From NCBI RefSeq assembly GCF_009914755.1, contig NC_060928.1: a stretch of 64,000 bases of DNA; one strand, 5' to 3'. Under the pieces are notes generated by a model. It ran no database searches. It saw only the letters and a program-made list of their open reading frames with translations, and was not told where the DNA came from. Positions 1 through 27,018 of the stretch are shown here, piece by piece. Source of the stretch: the human T2T-CHM13v2.0 reference genome, Homo sapiens. The position numbers were made by a program, and so were the translations under genes. Each line of letters opens with the position of its first letter. The stretch's first letter is position 1.

Positions 1-750
1 AAATATTAGGGATCTTTAAGAATACTTTATAAGAGGTCTCTATAGCACTGGGCCTCTGCAACATTAAATCATTAATACTGCTTAGCAAATAATATTTATC
101 TTTACAGTTTTTAGTCTTTCCCATTTTGGATATTTTTCACTTCACATAGCAAATATAGTTTAGCAAAGCTGGCTCTACAACAAATTCCATTTTCTTTTCT
201 ATAATAAATGATCCTAGAATGGTCAATCTTCATGTGTGGGTGGGGGAAACCTCCAAAGTTTGAACACAGCCTTTCTTGTGGTAAATGCAGAAATGAAGTG
301 TGGCAGAAGGGACATGATAATCCTGGTAGTTCTTTTCTTCTAAATCAGGATCTTCCTTTAGCTACCTCATTGGTTTTTCTCTTCAGAGGCATTATTTTCC
401 TATGCTATGGCTTCATTAGTCCACAAGTGCAGTGCTGGTAACACTGAGTGGATTCCAACAATAGGATCTTAATTTTCTCCTTCTCTGTTCTCACTATTTA
501 CTATCTCCAGGTTGAAACTCACCTGTTACTGCAGAGCCTCTGATTAATCTTTCTGCTGCTGACAGATGATCTAGCATGGCAGATAGGCCTTTTCATGGTG
601 CAGGTCCTGGCACTTCACTATTCTTAGCTTCCCTCCAATTTGCTCCAGCTGCATTAAATGCCTGTAGTTCAAATGTGTCATTCATAGTCCCTCAGTGGCT
701 GTGTCATATTCTTCCTAGATAGTGCTTCTCAATGTTGTCCAAGGACCCCT

Positions 751-1383
751 GTGTATCAGCCAGGGTTCCGGCACAAACAGATGGGAATTTGAGGAGAACG
801 CAATAAAAGTACTCGTTGTGAGGGTGTGGGCAGGTGTAGAGAAGACACAATGGATAAAGCAGTATTGTAGGCCAGGTTTAGTGGCTCATGCCTGTAATCC
901 CAGCACTCTGGGAGGCCAAGAAGGTGGATCACTTGAGTCCAGGAGTTTGAGACCAGCCTGGCCAACATGGTGAGACCCCCCATCTCTAGAAATAATAATG
1001 ATAAATACATTTGAAATAAATTTTATAAAAACCAGTATTCTGAAGAGGCATTGGTATTGAGGGGGTGAGAGGAGGGAGCAGTTATCAGAACCTCAAGACA
1101 CAAAGGGCTGTGGAGAGAGCCAGCAGAATGAGCTGTGAACCTCAGAGGAGCAAAGCCGCCACAAGGCGATCTAATGGGCTCTGGTGCTGGGGGTTGAGAG
1201 GCTTCTTTCCCTCTCAACCCTCCTCCTTTCCAGTCTCTGCTGATGCTTTCCATTGGTTGAACCCCACCAGAAGCCACTGGTCAAGGGAGTTCATAATGCA
1301 GACCAAGCAGGTCAGTCCCAGGGCATGGGCAGGGTAGGGAAAGGCTAGTGTGGCTCAGGCGGGTAAACATAAGGTACCATCAT
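751..1383 (-). mobile_element. LTR33-like ERVL solo LTR, interrupted by an Alu monomer
   Basis: tgtatcagccagggttcc..aaacagatgg..aatttgaggag..; cccattggttgaaccccaccagaagccactggtcaagggag..cagggcatgggcagggtaggg. The same motif order recurs at 28860-29040 and 29900-30370. Confidence 0.65.
870..1030 (+). mobile_element. Free left Alu monomer (FLAM_C-like)
   Basis: ggccaggtttagtggctcatgcctgtaatcccagcac...catctcta followed directly by an A-rich tail with no right arm; degenerate flanking repeat aaagcagtatt / aaaccagtatt. Confidence 0.85.
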
Positions 1384-1472
1384 ACCTGGCATCAGAGTCC
1401 CCTGCAGGAGTTGTGGAAGAAGCAGATTGTTGAGGCCCATCCCACCTGCTAAAAGAATCTCTGTCTCTGCTT

Positions 1473-1820
1473 GTGATAGAGGCAGTAAGCCACCACTGAA
1501 GAGCTTTGCTTCACTTTCATAGAGTAATTGCTGGAAGCTGCTCTACAGCCAGCGCCTACCCTGAATCTAGATGAAGCCATGGGATGAGCTTTGCTCACAG
1601 ATGTCAGTGGAAGTAAGTATGTCGCTTCTGCACTACAGTCTTAAGAATGGGTGTACCTGATAGGGTTCTCTCCTTCCTACTGCCCATCTGGATGCAGAGA
1701 ACTCAGAGGCCCTAGGGCACAGCAGAACCACAAGATAAGAGGATCAGGGTCCCTGGAGCATCACAAGGAGGAAAGCATCCCACCAACAAGGGCATCGCAC
1801 ACAAGCAAGAAAGAAACTTT
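1473..1820 (+). mobile_element. MLT1 (MaLR) LTR, MLT1J-like, 3' end missing
   Basis: Typical MLT1 motifs tcagtggaagtaagtatgtcgcttctg, gcagaaccacaagataagaggatcagggtccctggag and gcaagaaagaaactt. Confidence 0.6.
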
Positions 1821-1829
1821 GAAAAAAGT

Positions 1830-2340
1830 TATTAAAATGTTTAAGTATTAGCAAAATTAAAATAATGAGTCTCATTTACCCATTACCCAGATTCAACAAT
1901 TACCAAAGATTTTCTCTATTGGCTTAACTGTCCCTTTTGTCTTTTCTTTGTTAAAGTATTTCAAAGTAAACACCAGGCATTGTGTCATTTCATCATTTCG
2001 TAATTCAGTATGTGGCCCTTAAAGAATATGTTCTTGACCAGAATGCCAGGTTATACTTAATAAAATCATTAATAATTCTTTGGCATCATCTACAAAGTCC
2101 ATACATTTACATTGGATTGCTGTGTCTCTTACATGAAGTTGTCCCCTTTCCCAACTTTTTCTCCGGCCATTGTCATCTTACAGTAAATAAGTCAGTTCTG
2201 CAGAATGGTCCCCCATTCTGGATTTGTCTGCTTCCTTGTACTGATGTCATTTACTTGTTCTTCTATCCCTGTATCTTCTGTTAATAAAAGCTTGCTCTAC
2301 AGACTCTAGGTTCAACTGTTCTTGGCAAGAATACTTCACA
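1830..2340 (-). mobile_element. Ancient L1M 3'-end fragment
   Basis: tacccattacccagattcaacaatt..., ttctgcagaatggtccccattctggatttgtctg and ttggcaagaatacttcac resemble old L1ME/L1MC 3' ends in reverse. Confidence 0.5.
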
Positions 2341-5205
2341 ATATTCACAATATTAAACGCTGGTGTTTTGTTTGGTAAAAATGCAGAATATGAGAATAAC
2401 ACTATCTACTATAGCAAACAACCACAAGTGATCCAAATGGACCCTGCAATTGCAAACAAACTCACATGAAATGTCTTTTTTCCTCTTGTCCAACTTTTAT
2501 GGCTTGGAACTCATCTCAGGTGCCAGCTTTATGGGAAACTTTTACTAACACCTCCCTTTCCTAGTATAGACTAGTAGTATTTGCTACAAAAGCTTTTGCA
2601 TGTCTCTATCCTAGCATTCACTTGTCACATTCATGACATATTTGCTTGTATTACAAGATGGGACTCAGCCTTAGTTTTTGCCAAGGACCAAAAAGCAGCC
2701 AATCCCACAATCCAAAGTGAGGTGCTATATGCCTAGACAAAACTTGTAGAGAAGAAACAAGCTGGCTCCTGGCCATATCCAGGCCATTTTAGTGATGGTT
2801 AAGAATTCAGTCAATAAATTGGAATCTAGGAAAAATAATTTCTTTGGAGAGTGTTATTAGTATGCTGTGGGCCTTTCCTACCACACAGAAGAGAGGTAGA
2901 GGGTTCTTTCCCATTCCTCAAGCCTAGCAATCAGGGCTTTGATGAGCTAAGAGAGTCTGATCTATGCCTCTTGCAGTTCAGGGGACAGAGCAGCAAAAAC
3001 TCCAGAAGGATTTAAGGGCCAGAAACTGTGACAATTAGCCAAAGACAGTAGAGCAAAGAGAGCTCAACCAGCTGCATTGGGAGCCAGCTGCGTTGCCTTG
3101 ACAGTTCAGTGTTCTAGGTTTCTTTTCGTCTGAGACAGAGAGAGTTGCAGAGAGAGAGACAGAGAGACCATACCAGTTTAGAGCCATTTTAAATTCCACC
3201 CAAAAGGACTTTATGGAGGGGCAGTTATTCCAACTGAGAGATGGCCCATTCGACTGCCAGGCTTGGAGGTAGGAGATATAAGCAGCCACTGGAAAGAAAA
3301 CGCATCACTCATGTCAGAGCAGTTTGCTTTGCATTCCTACGGGGAGCCTTCAAATAACCCACGTGACAGACTGTCAGCCAAACACTTGCCCTGGCCCAAG
3401 GGAGCCAACATGAGATTACCTGAAAGCCAGCCAAGCCCTTTCCTGCCTCTTAGAACTCCAGCCCTCACCTTCACCTTGGGCTCCAGCCTTAGAGGAACCA
3501 GATGCAGCCGGGTGAGTGGGAGAAGAGGGGCAGAGCTTCAGGACAGGGGCATGGAGAAGCTGTCTGTGCCTCGGGAGCAGGCTTAAGCTAGTAGAAGGGA
3601 AATCTTGATCTTTCAATGAAATCTGAAACAAGCCCTGTTGTCTCTGGAAGTGACCAGAAGGCATTATTTGGAATATACCAGAAAGATCACGAGACGTGTC
3701 CTAGATTTCTTCCAAAGGTCAGGAAGAACTTTTTTTCCCTTGAATATAAACTTGAAGAGTGAATTAGAACAGGTAATTGGGAATAAGAGGATAACATTTT
3801 CTAATCACAGCCTTGAGACCCCTTGTTTAACAATGCCTCATGTGTCCAATTTCTCTACCAGAATGAGCTCTCCTTAAGGTGAAGGACCGTCCTACCCAAT
3901 TTTATATCCTAAAATATTCTTAGTGTATAGGCATACAATTAAGGTCTGAGAGTTGGAGTACATATAATGGAAATACACTATAGTTTATTTAACCCTTTAG
4001 GTCTCAAATGAATTAGCTCCCTACGTTATCAATTCCAAAGGACTGTAAAACAAGTACCTACATGTTGAAGAGAGAAGGTATATGCACGTTGAAGAAAGAA
4101 AATAATTTATCAAGAGTAAGTATTGAACATTGCTGGTGAGATTGAGTTACTTTTCATTTATAGTACAGCTTTCTCCAACTATTAATCTATTTATATCTTC
4201 CATATGTTCTACTGATAGGATTTTAACTTTTAGCCCAACTTTATAAGATAAGCAATTAATTTTGGAACATCCCTTAAATTTATTTTCCTCTGAGATATTA
4301 AACAAGGCCTATCAAGAGAATCCAAAGTTCTGTTCCTAGCATGAGAAATTTTAGACTTGGTATGTCTCTGAGGATTCTTTATCTCTAACTTCAGACTGAG
4401 GTAGACTGCTATAAATATTCTGCAGGCACACATGCACATATACATTACCCTGAGCATTTCAGGGTCCCAGTTGTCACCCTTGTAAAATGAGAGGATTGGA
4501 CAAGTTGACGAAGGTCCCCAGGTCCCACAGATTTAATCTAATCATCTCTGACTACTCTTGGACCATTACATTTATTCAAGGGAGCGAAAGGAGAAGATGT
4601 TTGAAAAAACTGACTCTGCTAATGAGGTGAGAGGTTGAATATGTCAACCCTACCAATTCTCCAGTGGCTGGGTAACTTCCAGAGTTAATGTCTATCATTC
4701 TTTTTGAACTGGGGCAGCCCTCATCTGGAATTTGTTTCCAAGTTATACTAAGGAATGTGTATGTTCTATTTGTTCTGAGTCTCAAATCAAGGGTTTGGAA
4801 GCCCCCAGAATCATTGTTGGAGCACTGTGCCATGGAGCACCTTGAAGATCCACTTCCAGGTAATGGAGAGAGGCCTTGGTTGTATAGTCTGTTCAGAGGA
4901 CTAACCGTTCAGAACATTTTTCTTTGATCGAAACTTTAAAGCTCATTCGACTTAAACTGTGAATCTGATTTTTACTTCCATATTATTCAATGAGAAACAG
5001 GGAAACTAATTAGCCTGCTTGCTGCCTCTTTAATTCTTGTTTTCTCATTAGATTCATCCTGACCATCTCTCAGTTTAGTGTAGTTACAGCATTAAATAAA
5101 TTTAGTGGCAAAATTTGTAGTTAATTTTATAGAAGTCAGGAAATGCAGAGTATCAAAGAGTAAATTTATGTAATTCTATCATCACATGTTGCTGCTATTA
5201 CTACT

Positions 5206-5596
5206 TCTATTAGTTTGCTAGAGCTTCCATAGCACAGTAACACATACTGAGTGGGTTGAATAATAAAGTAATTGTCTATCCATCCTGGAGGCTAGAAATC
5301 CAAGATCAGGATGTCAGCATGGTTGGTTTCTTCTGATGCTTCCCTCTTTGGCTTGTAAATGGCTGTCTTCTCCCTTGCTCTTCATAGGGCCTTTTCTCTG
5401 TGTGTCTGTGTCCAAATTTTCTCTTCTTATAAGGACACCAGTCATATTGGATTAGGGCCCATCCTGATGATCTCATTTTAACTTAATTGCCTCTTTAAAA
5501 ACCCTGTCTCCAAATACAGTATTATTCTAAGATACTAGAGGTTAGGACTTGAACAGATGATTTGGGTGGTGGAAGGACACAATTTAACCCAGAACA
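5206..5596 (-). mobile_element. MLT1B/C-like MaLR solo LTR
   Basis: tattagtttgctagagc..., ggaggctagaaatccaagatcagg, cttataaggacaccagtcatattggattagggcccatcc, ending gacacaatttaacccagaaca. Confidence 0.85.
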
Positions 5597-6293
5597 TTAC
5601 TTTAGTGTATATTTTTTGTTATTGTTATTATTATACTTTAAGTTCTGGGGTACATGTGCACAATGTGCAGGTTTCATACATAGGTATACATGTGCCGTGT
5701 TGGTGTGCTGCACCCATTAACTCATCATTTACGTTAGGTATTTCTCCTAATGCTATACCTCACCACTCCCCCAACCCCACGACAGGCCCCAGTTTGTGAT
5801 GTTCCCCATCCTGTGTCCAAGTGTTCTCATAGTTTAATTCCCACCTATGAGTGAGAACATGTGGTGTTTGGTTTTCTGTCCTCGTGATAGTTTGCTGAGA
5901 ATGATGGTTTCCACCTTCACCCATGTCCCTGAAAAGGACATGAACTCATCCTTTTTTATGGCTATTCCATATACACCATGGTATTCCATGGTGTATATGT
6001 GCCACATTTTCTTAATTCAGTCTATCACTGATGGACATTTGGGTCGGTTCCAAGTCTTTGCTATTGTGAACAGTGCCACAATAAAGCATGTGTCTTTATA
6101 GTAGCCTGATTTATAATCCTTTGGGCATATACCCAGTGATGGGATCGCTGGGTCTAATGGTATTTCTAGTTCTAGATTCTTGAGGAATTGCCACACTGTC
6201 TTCCACAATGGTTGAACTAATTTACACTCCCACCAACAGTGTAAAAGCATTCCTATTTCTCCACATCCTCTCCAGCATCTGTTGTTTCCTGAC

Positions 6294-6589
6294 TTTTTTT
6301 TTTTTTTGAGACGGAGTCTCACTCTATTGCCCAGGCTGGAGTGCAGTGGCACAATCTCAGCCCACTCCAAGCTCCGCCTCCTGGGTTCACAGGATTCTCC
6401 TGCCTCAGCCTCCTGAGTAGCTGGGACTACAGGTGCCCACCACCAGGCCAAGCTAATTTTATTGTCTTTTTAGTAGAGTCGGGGTTTTACCATGTTAGCC
6501 AGGATGGCCTCCATCTCCTGACCTTGTGATCCACCCAACTCAGCCTCCCAAAATGCTGGGATTACAGGCATGAGCCACCACACCTGGCC
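6294..6589 (-). mobile_element. Alu (AluY/Sc-like) nested in L1 A
   Basis: Full dimer with poly-T at the left; TSD tgtttcctgacttttt at 6283-6298 and 6590-6605; caagctccgcc and ttagccaggatgg motifs point to a younger subfamily. Confidence 0.95.
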
Positions 6590-6860
6590 TGTTTCCTGAC
6601 TTTTTAACTATTTCCATTCTAACTGGTGTGAGATGGTATCTCTTTTTTTTTTTTTTTTATACTTTAAGTTTTAGGGTACATGTGCACAATGTGCAGGTTA
6701 GTTACATATGTATACATGTGACATACTGGTGTGCTGCAACCACTAACTCGTCATCTAGCATTAGGTATATCTCCCAGTGCTATCGCTCCCCACTACCCCC
6801 ACCCCACAACAGTCCCCAGAGTGTGATGTTCCCCTTCCTGTGTCCATGTGTTCTCATTGT

Positions 6861-10686
<3,826 letters not shown>

Positions 10687-10749
10687 TATGATGTCAGCTG
10701 GTTATTTTGCTCGTCAGTTGATGCAGTTTCTTTTTAGTCTCAATGGTCT

Positions 10750-11750
10750 TTACATTTTGGCATGATTTTGCAGCGGCTGGTACCGGTTGTTCCTTTCCAC
10801 GTTTAGTGCTTCCTTCAGGAGCTCTTTAAGGGCAGGCCTGGTGGTGACATTTGCTTGTCTGTAAAGGATTTTATTTCTCCTTCATTTATGAAGCTTAGTT
10901 TGGCTGGAGATGAAATTCTGGGTTGAAAATTCTTTTCTTTAAGAATGGTGAATATTGGCCCCCACTCTCTTCTGGCTTGTAGAGTTTCTGCTGAGAGATC
11001 CGCTGTTAGTCTGATGGGCTTCCCTTTGTGGGTAACCCGACCTTTCTCTCTGGCTGCCCTTAACATTTTTTCCTTCATTTCAACTTTGGTAAATCTGACA
11101 ATTCTGTGTCTTGGAGTTGCTGTTCTGGAGGAGTATCTTTGTGGCGTTCTCTGTATTTCCCTAATCTGAATGTTGGCCTGCCTTGCTAGATTGGGGAAGT
11201 TCTCCTGGATAATATCCTGCAGAGTGTTTTCCAACTTGGTTCCATTCTCCCTGTCACTTTCAGGTACACCAATGAGATGTAGATTTGGTCTTTTCACATA
11301 GTCCCATATTTCTTGGAGGCTTTGTTCATTTCTTTTTATTCTTTTTTCTCTAAACTTCCCTTCTTGCTTCATTTCATTCATTTCATCTTCCATTGCTGAT
11401 ACCCTTTCTTCCAGTTGATCGCATCAGCTCCTGAGGCTTCTGCATTCTTCACGTCGTTCTCGAGCCTTGGCTTTCAGCTTCATCAGCTCCTTTAAGCACT
11501 TCTCTATATTGGTTATTCTAGTTATACATTCGTCTAAATTTTTTTCTAAGTTTTTAACTTCTTTGCCTTTGGTTTGAATTTCCTCCTGTAGCTCATAGTT
11601 TGATTGTCTGAAGCCTTCTTCTCTCAACTCTTCAAAGTCATTCTCCATCCAGCTTTGTTCCATTGCTGGTGAGGAACTGCGATCCTTTGGAGAAGGAGAG
11701 GTGCTCTGCTTTTTAGAGTTTCCAGTGTTTCTGCTCTGTTTTTTCCCCAT
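10750..11750 (-). pseudogene. Disrupted L1 ORF1 of element B
   Basis: MGKKQSRNTGNSK... (11424-11750) and ...IWDYVKRPNL..REKG.. (10815-11393); in-frame stop and a deletion near 10848 relative to elements A, C and D. Confidence 0.9.
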
Positions 11751-12272
11751 CTTTGTGGTTTTATCTAGTTTTGGACTTTGATGATGGTGATGTACAGATA
11801 GGTTTTTGGTGTGGATGTCCTTTCTGTTTGTTAGTTTTCCTTCTAACAGAGAGGACCCTCAGCTGCAAGTCTGTTGGAGTTTGCTAGAGGTCCACTCCAG
11901 ATCCTGTTTGCCTGGGTATCAGCAGCGGTGTCTGCAGAGCAGTGGTTTTTTGTGAACCGTGAATGCTGCTGTCTGATCGTTCCTCTGGAAGTTTTGTCTC
12001 AGAGGAGTACCTGGCCATGTGAGGTGTCAGTCTGCCCCTACTGGGGGATGCCTCCCAGTTAGGCTGCTCAGGGGTCAGGGGTCAGGGACCCACTTGAGGC
12101 AGTCTGCCCGTTCTCAGATCTCCAGCTGCGTGCTGGGAGAACCACTGTTCTCTTCAAAGCTCAGATGGAAATGCAGAAATCACCCGTCTTCTGCGTCACT
12201 CACGCTGGGAGCTGTAGACCGGAGCTGTTCCTATTCGGCCATCTTGGCTCCTCCCCCATGAGATGGTATCTC

Positions 12273-16676
<4,404 letters not shown>

Positions 16677-17273
16677 CTTTGTGGCTTTACCTACCTTGGT
16701 CTTTGATGTTGGTGACCTACAGATGGGGTTTTGGTGTAGATGTCCTTTTGTTGATGTTGATGCTATTCCTTTCTGTTTGTTAGTTTTCCTTCTAACAGTC
16801 AGGTCCCTCAGCTGCAGATCTGTTGGAGTTTGCTGGAGGTCCACTCCAGACCCTGTTTTCCTGGGTATCTCCAGTGGAGGCTGCAGAACAGCAAATATTG
16901 CAGAACAGCAAATATTGCTGCCTGATCCTTCCTCTGGAAGCTTTATCCCAGAGGGGCACCTGCCTATATGAGGTGTCAGTTGGCTCCTACTGGGAGATGT
17001 CTCCCAGTTAGGCTACATGGGGTTCAGGGACCCACTTGAGGAGGTAGTCTGTCCATTCTCAGAGCTCAAATGCCATGCTGGGAGAACCCCTTCTCTCTTC
17101 AGAGAAGGCAGACCAGGATGTTTAAGTCTGCAGAAGTTTCTGCTGCCTTTTGTTCAGCTATCCCCTGCCTACAGAGGTGGAGTCTATAGAGGCAGTAGGC
17201 CTTGCTGAGCTGTGGTGGGCTCCACCCAGGTCGAGCTTCCCAGCCACTTTGTTTACCTACTCAAGCCTCAGCA

Positions 17274-17594
17274 ATGGCAGATGCCCCTCTCCCAGCCAGG
17301 CTGCCACCTCACAGTTCGATCTCAGGCTGTTGCACTTTCTCCATGGGCATGGGACCTGCCAAGCCAGGCATGGGAGAGAATCTTCTTGTCTGCCGGTGGC
17401 TAAGACCTCGGGAAAAGTTCAGTATTTGGGCTGGAGTGTCCTGTTATTCCAGGTACAGTCTGTTGCAGCTTCCCTTGGCTAGGAAAGGGAAATCCCCTGT
17501 CCCCTTGCACTTCCCGGGTGAGGCTATGTCCCACCCTGCTTCAGCTCACCCTCTGTGGGCTGCATCCACTGTCCAACCAGTCCCAGTGAGATGA
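17274..17594 (+). CDS. L1 antisense ORF0-like frame in the 5'UTR of element A (106 aa); expression unknown
   Basis: MADAPLPARLPPHSSISGCC... resembles the ORF0 N-terminus (MAGAPPPASLPPCSLISDCC); ATG at 17274. Confidence 0.4.
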   Translation: MADAPLPARLPPHSSISGCCTFSMGMGPAKPGMGENLLVCRWLRPREKFSIWAGVSCYSRYSLLQLPLARKGKSPVPLHFPGEAMSHPASAHPLWAASTVQPVPVR

Positions 17595-17779
17595 ACCAGG
17601 TACCTCAGTTGGAAATGCAGAAGTCCCCTGTCTTCTGCATTGATAGTGCTGGGAGCTGCAGACTGGAGCTGTTCCTATTCAGCCATCTTGGAACAGAGCA
17701 CCACTTTAGTGTATATTCTTATATACCTCAATCATACACAAATATTTTTACTTTACAAAATTAGACCATGCATCAGATT

Positions 17780-19136
17780 ATGCTATGGTTTGAATGTATA
17801 TGACAAAATTCACATGTTGGAAGCTTAATCCCCAATGCAACAGTGTTGGGTGGTGAGGCCTAATAAGTGGTGAATGGATTAGTGTAGTTATCACAGGAGT
17901 GGGTCAGTTATCTCTAGAGCAGCACTCTCTCCCCCATGTGCTCTCTTCTGCCTTCCATTATAGGATGATGCAGCACAAAGGCTTTTCTCTGATGCTGGCC
18001 ACATGTTCTTGGACTTCCCAGCCTCCAGAACAGTGAGCTAAATTTCCGTTCATTAAAAATTACTCAGTCTCTCTGTCTCAGAGCACACCGACTGACTGTT
18101 GATGTGTGTAACAAAGTGTTTATTTTCTTCAAATAACCAGCTCTATAATAATTCTTTATGTTTCCAGAAGTCTGTTTAGCTTTCTTCAAAGGAAGATTTT
18201 TCTCATTTGGGGGGTTTTCTTGATTTTAGGGTGGTAAGATTTCTTTCTTTTTTCCTTTTCTCCTAAAATCAATGCAGGTGAGAGTGGATGGGTAAAGGAT
18301 TTTGTTTTTAAACAGCATGTTAGGTATACTTGTGTGGGTGGAAGTGTTGTTAGTATTTTTCTATGAATCTTGATTAATACTGTCTATTAGCTCTCATGGC
18401 TGGTCAGCAAAATGCGTGAATGTTTAGCTGTAGAACATATGACACAGTTGAGTCTTTTTTTTTTAAGAAAAGTGAACACAGAATTGAAGGAATTAACATG
18501 TACATGTTGCCTTTTGTTAGAATGACTAAGTTAAACCTCTTGATTTTTATTTGTCCAAGGCAAACATGACATAAGGATTATGCACTACCAAAATAACACT
18601 CATGGTCACAGAAACTATGCTGCAAGCACACCTGGGGTTCTTTTAAATGGTCATGGCCATGATGGTGTGAATTCCATCAATTCAGCAGATGGGTGGGGAA
18701 ATGAAAATTTTCCTCTAAACTTTTAGGCAAAGGTAGGCTTTTTTTAAATTGTGGGTTTTTTTTTTTTTTATTATTTTTGCCTTCATTTTTAAATCTTAAA
18801 TGCTACTACTGCAGGCCACAACATGACAAACAATGAGCAGCTAAAGAAACAATGAAAAAGCATTTAAAAAAACTCCTGTGTTAGCTAACAGGTTTCTAGA
18901 GGTATCACTGTGGTCCACAGAGAAGACTGCAGAAGGTAGCAGAAAGATGTTGTATTAACTACCACAGCCTTAAAACAAAGTTGGTATATCTTTGGATCAT
19001 AAAATTGTTCCTAGGCAGCTTATTTTATTTTTTGGTTAATCAAATAAACAAGAGGTTTGTTTCATGGCAAATATTAAATAAACAATATCCTAGTCTCAGG
19101 TATTCTGTTATAGTAACAGAAAATAAAAGAGATAAC
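17780..19136 (+). mobile_element. MST-family (MSTC/D-like) MaLR solo LTR, split by a ~1 kb insertion
   Basis: tgctatggtttgaatg...cttggacttcccagcctccagaacagtgagc...aaattactcagtctc, resuming at ~19090 agtctcaggtattctgttatagtaacagaaaa...aca. Confidence 0.85.
18072..19085 (+). pseudogene. Putative 5'-truncated processed retrocopy (3'UTR-like) of an unidentified mRNA
   Basis: Non-repeat, U-rich 1 kb interrupting the MST LTR; AATAAA at 19043-19048, then an A-rich tail from 19069; degenerate flanking duplication aaaaattactcagtctc / acaatatcctagtctc. Confidence 0.7.
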
Positions 19137-19409
19137 ATAAATTAATATATTAAATTTAAAATTTTAAATGTGAAACATTCATCTAATATGCTTAAAGGTT
19201 GAATGCCAACTCATTATATAAATAAAACCTTCATACTACAGAGTGCTTCACATTGTAAAATATGATGTATGTCTTAGTTTAATCCCAGGGAGGGTGATAA
19301 TAACAATACTAGATAATATTAAAAGGCAAATGATGGAAAACACACTCAAAGGGGGAAAAGTCCATGGTAATTTCAAATCTACATGAAGCAACCCTGAAAT
19401 ATACTTCTT

Positions 19410-19830
19410 AACTCACCAAATCTGAGCATTTATTACATAATTGGCTCTTAGCCCAGGGGCCAGGGCTTCAAGTGAGGAAAGAAACAAGGTCCCTGGCCTC
19501 ATGGAGCTTCCACACTATGGTGTAAGCAAAGACAGTGACAAGCAAGCAGATAAGTAAAATTGTAGACTAGGCTAAACATGAGGGAAGGGAAAACAGAGCC
19601 ATCAAAGAGGAACACACAGGACTGGCTTAGGGAGGCCAGGGAGCCTTTCGTGAAGAAGAGGCCTTTGAGCTGAGACCCAAAGCCAAGAAGGGCCAGCCAC
19701 TTGAACAGCCAAGCAGATTGGTCACAGGGCCACTCTTCTTCCTGGTTAAACAAGAAGAGTTGGACAGGCTCAAGCACTGATAGAAGGCAAGCGGGGCTGG
19801 AACATGGTAGGCAATTTGGTTTCCCTTTGT
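19410..19830 (-). mobile_element. L2 fragment
   Basis: tgagcatttattac..., aaacaaggtccctggcctcatggagcttccacact and tttgagctgagaccc are typical reverse-oriented L2 3' motifs. Confidence 0.6.
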
Positions 19831-20190
19831 GAAAATCAGGGACTAGAACTTTGGTAAACAAGACCTCAAGTGTGGGTGAGAGAGTGGGAAAATAGACAAT
19901 GCTCATATTAAACATTTCAAAATATATCACTGACATTTCACCGAAGAAGACCTACAGATGGCAAATAATCACATGAAAAGATGCCCAACACCATTAATCA
20001 TTCGGAAAGTTCAAAATAAAACCACAAAATGTAGCACTGTACACCGATTGGAACAGCTTAAATTAAAAAATGCTGATGACACTAAGTGCTGTGGGAATGC
20101 TGAGAAACTAAACAACTCATACATTACTGATGGGGATGTAAAATGATACAGCCACTCTGGAAAACAGTTTTGCAGTTTCTTAAACATGCA

Positions 20191-20526
<336 letters not shown>

Positions 20527-20608
20527 TCAAGTGAACGTGCTTTAGATAACTCCAGCTCCCAGATTTTGTAAAGCCACCTTCAAACTTGCAACAGTTTGGC
20601 AGTTTCTT

Positions 20609-27018
<6,410 letters not shown>

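Larger units (their letters stand above)
722..1463. mobile_element. MER5A-like hAT DNA transposon relic, split into ~722-750 and ~1384-1463 by an LTR33-like insertion
   Basis: agtgcttctcaatgttgtccaaggacccc at the left and ggcatcagagtcccctgcaggagttgtggaagaagcagattgttgaggcccatccc at the right resemble consecutive MER5A parts; an intact copy lies at ~54030-54190. Family recalled from memory. Confidence 0.5.

Noticed and set aside
208-5200. Short ORFs in the less repetitive start of the window, and a possible old LTR at ~2800-3600
   Set aside because: No recognisable domains or consistent exon structure, and I could not assign the repeat family with confidence.
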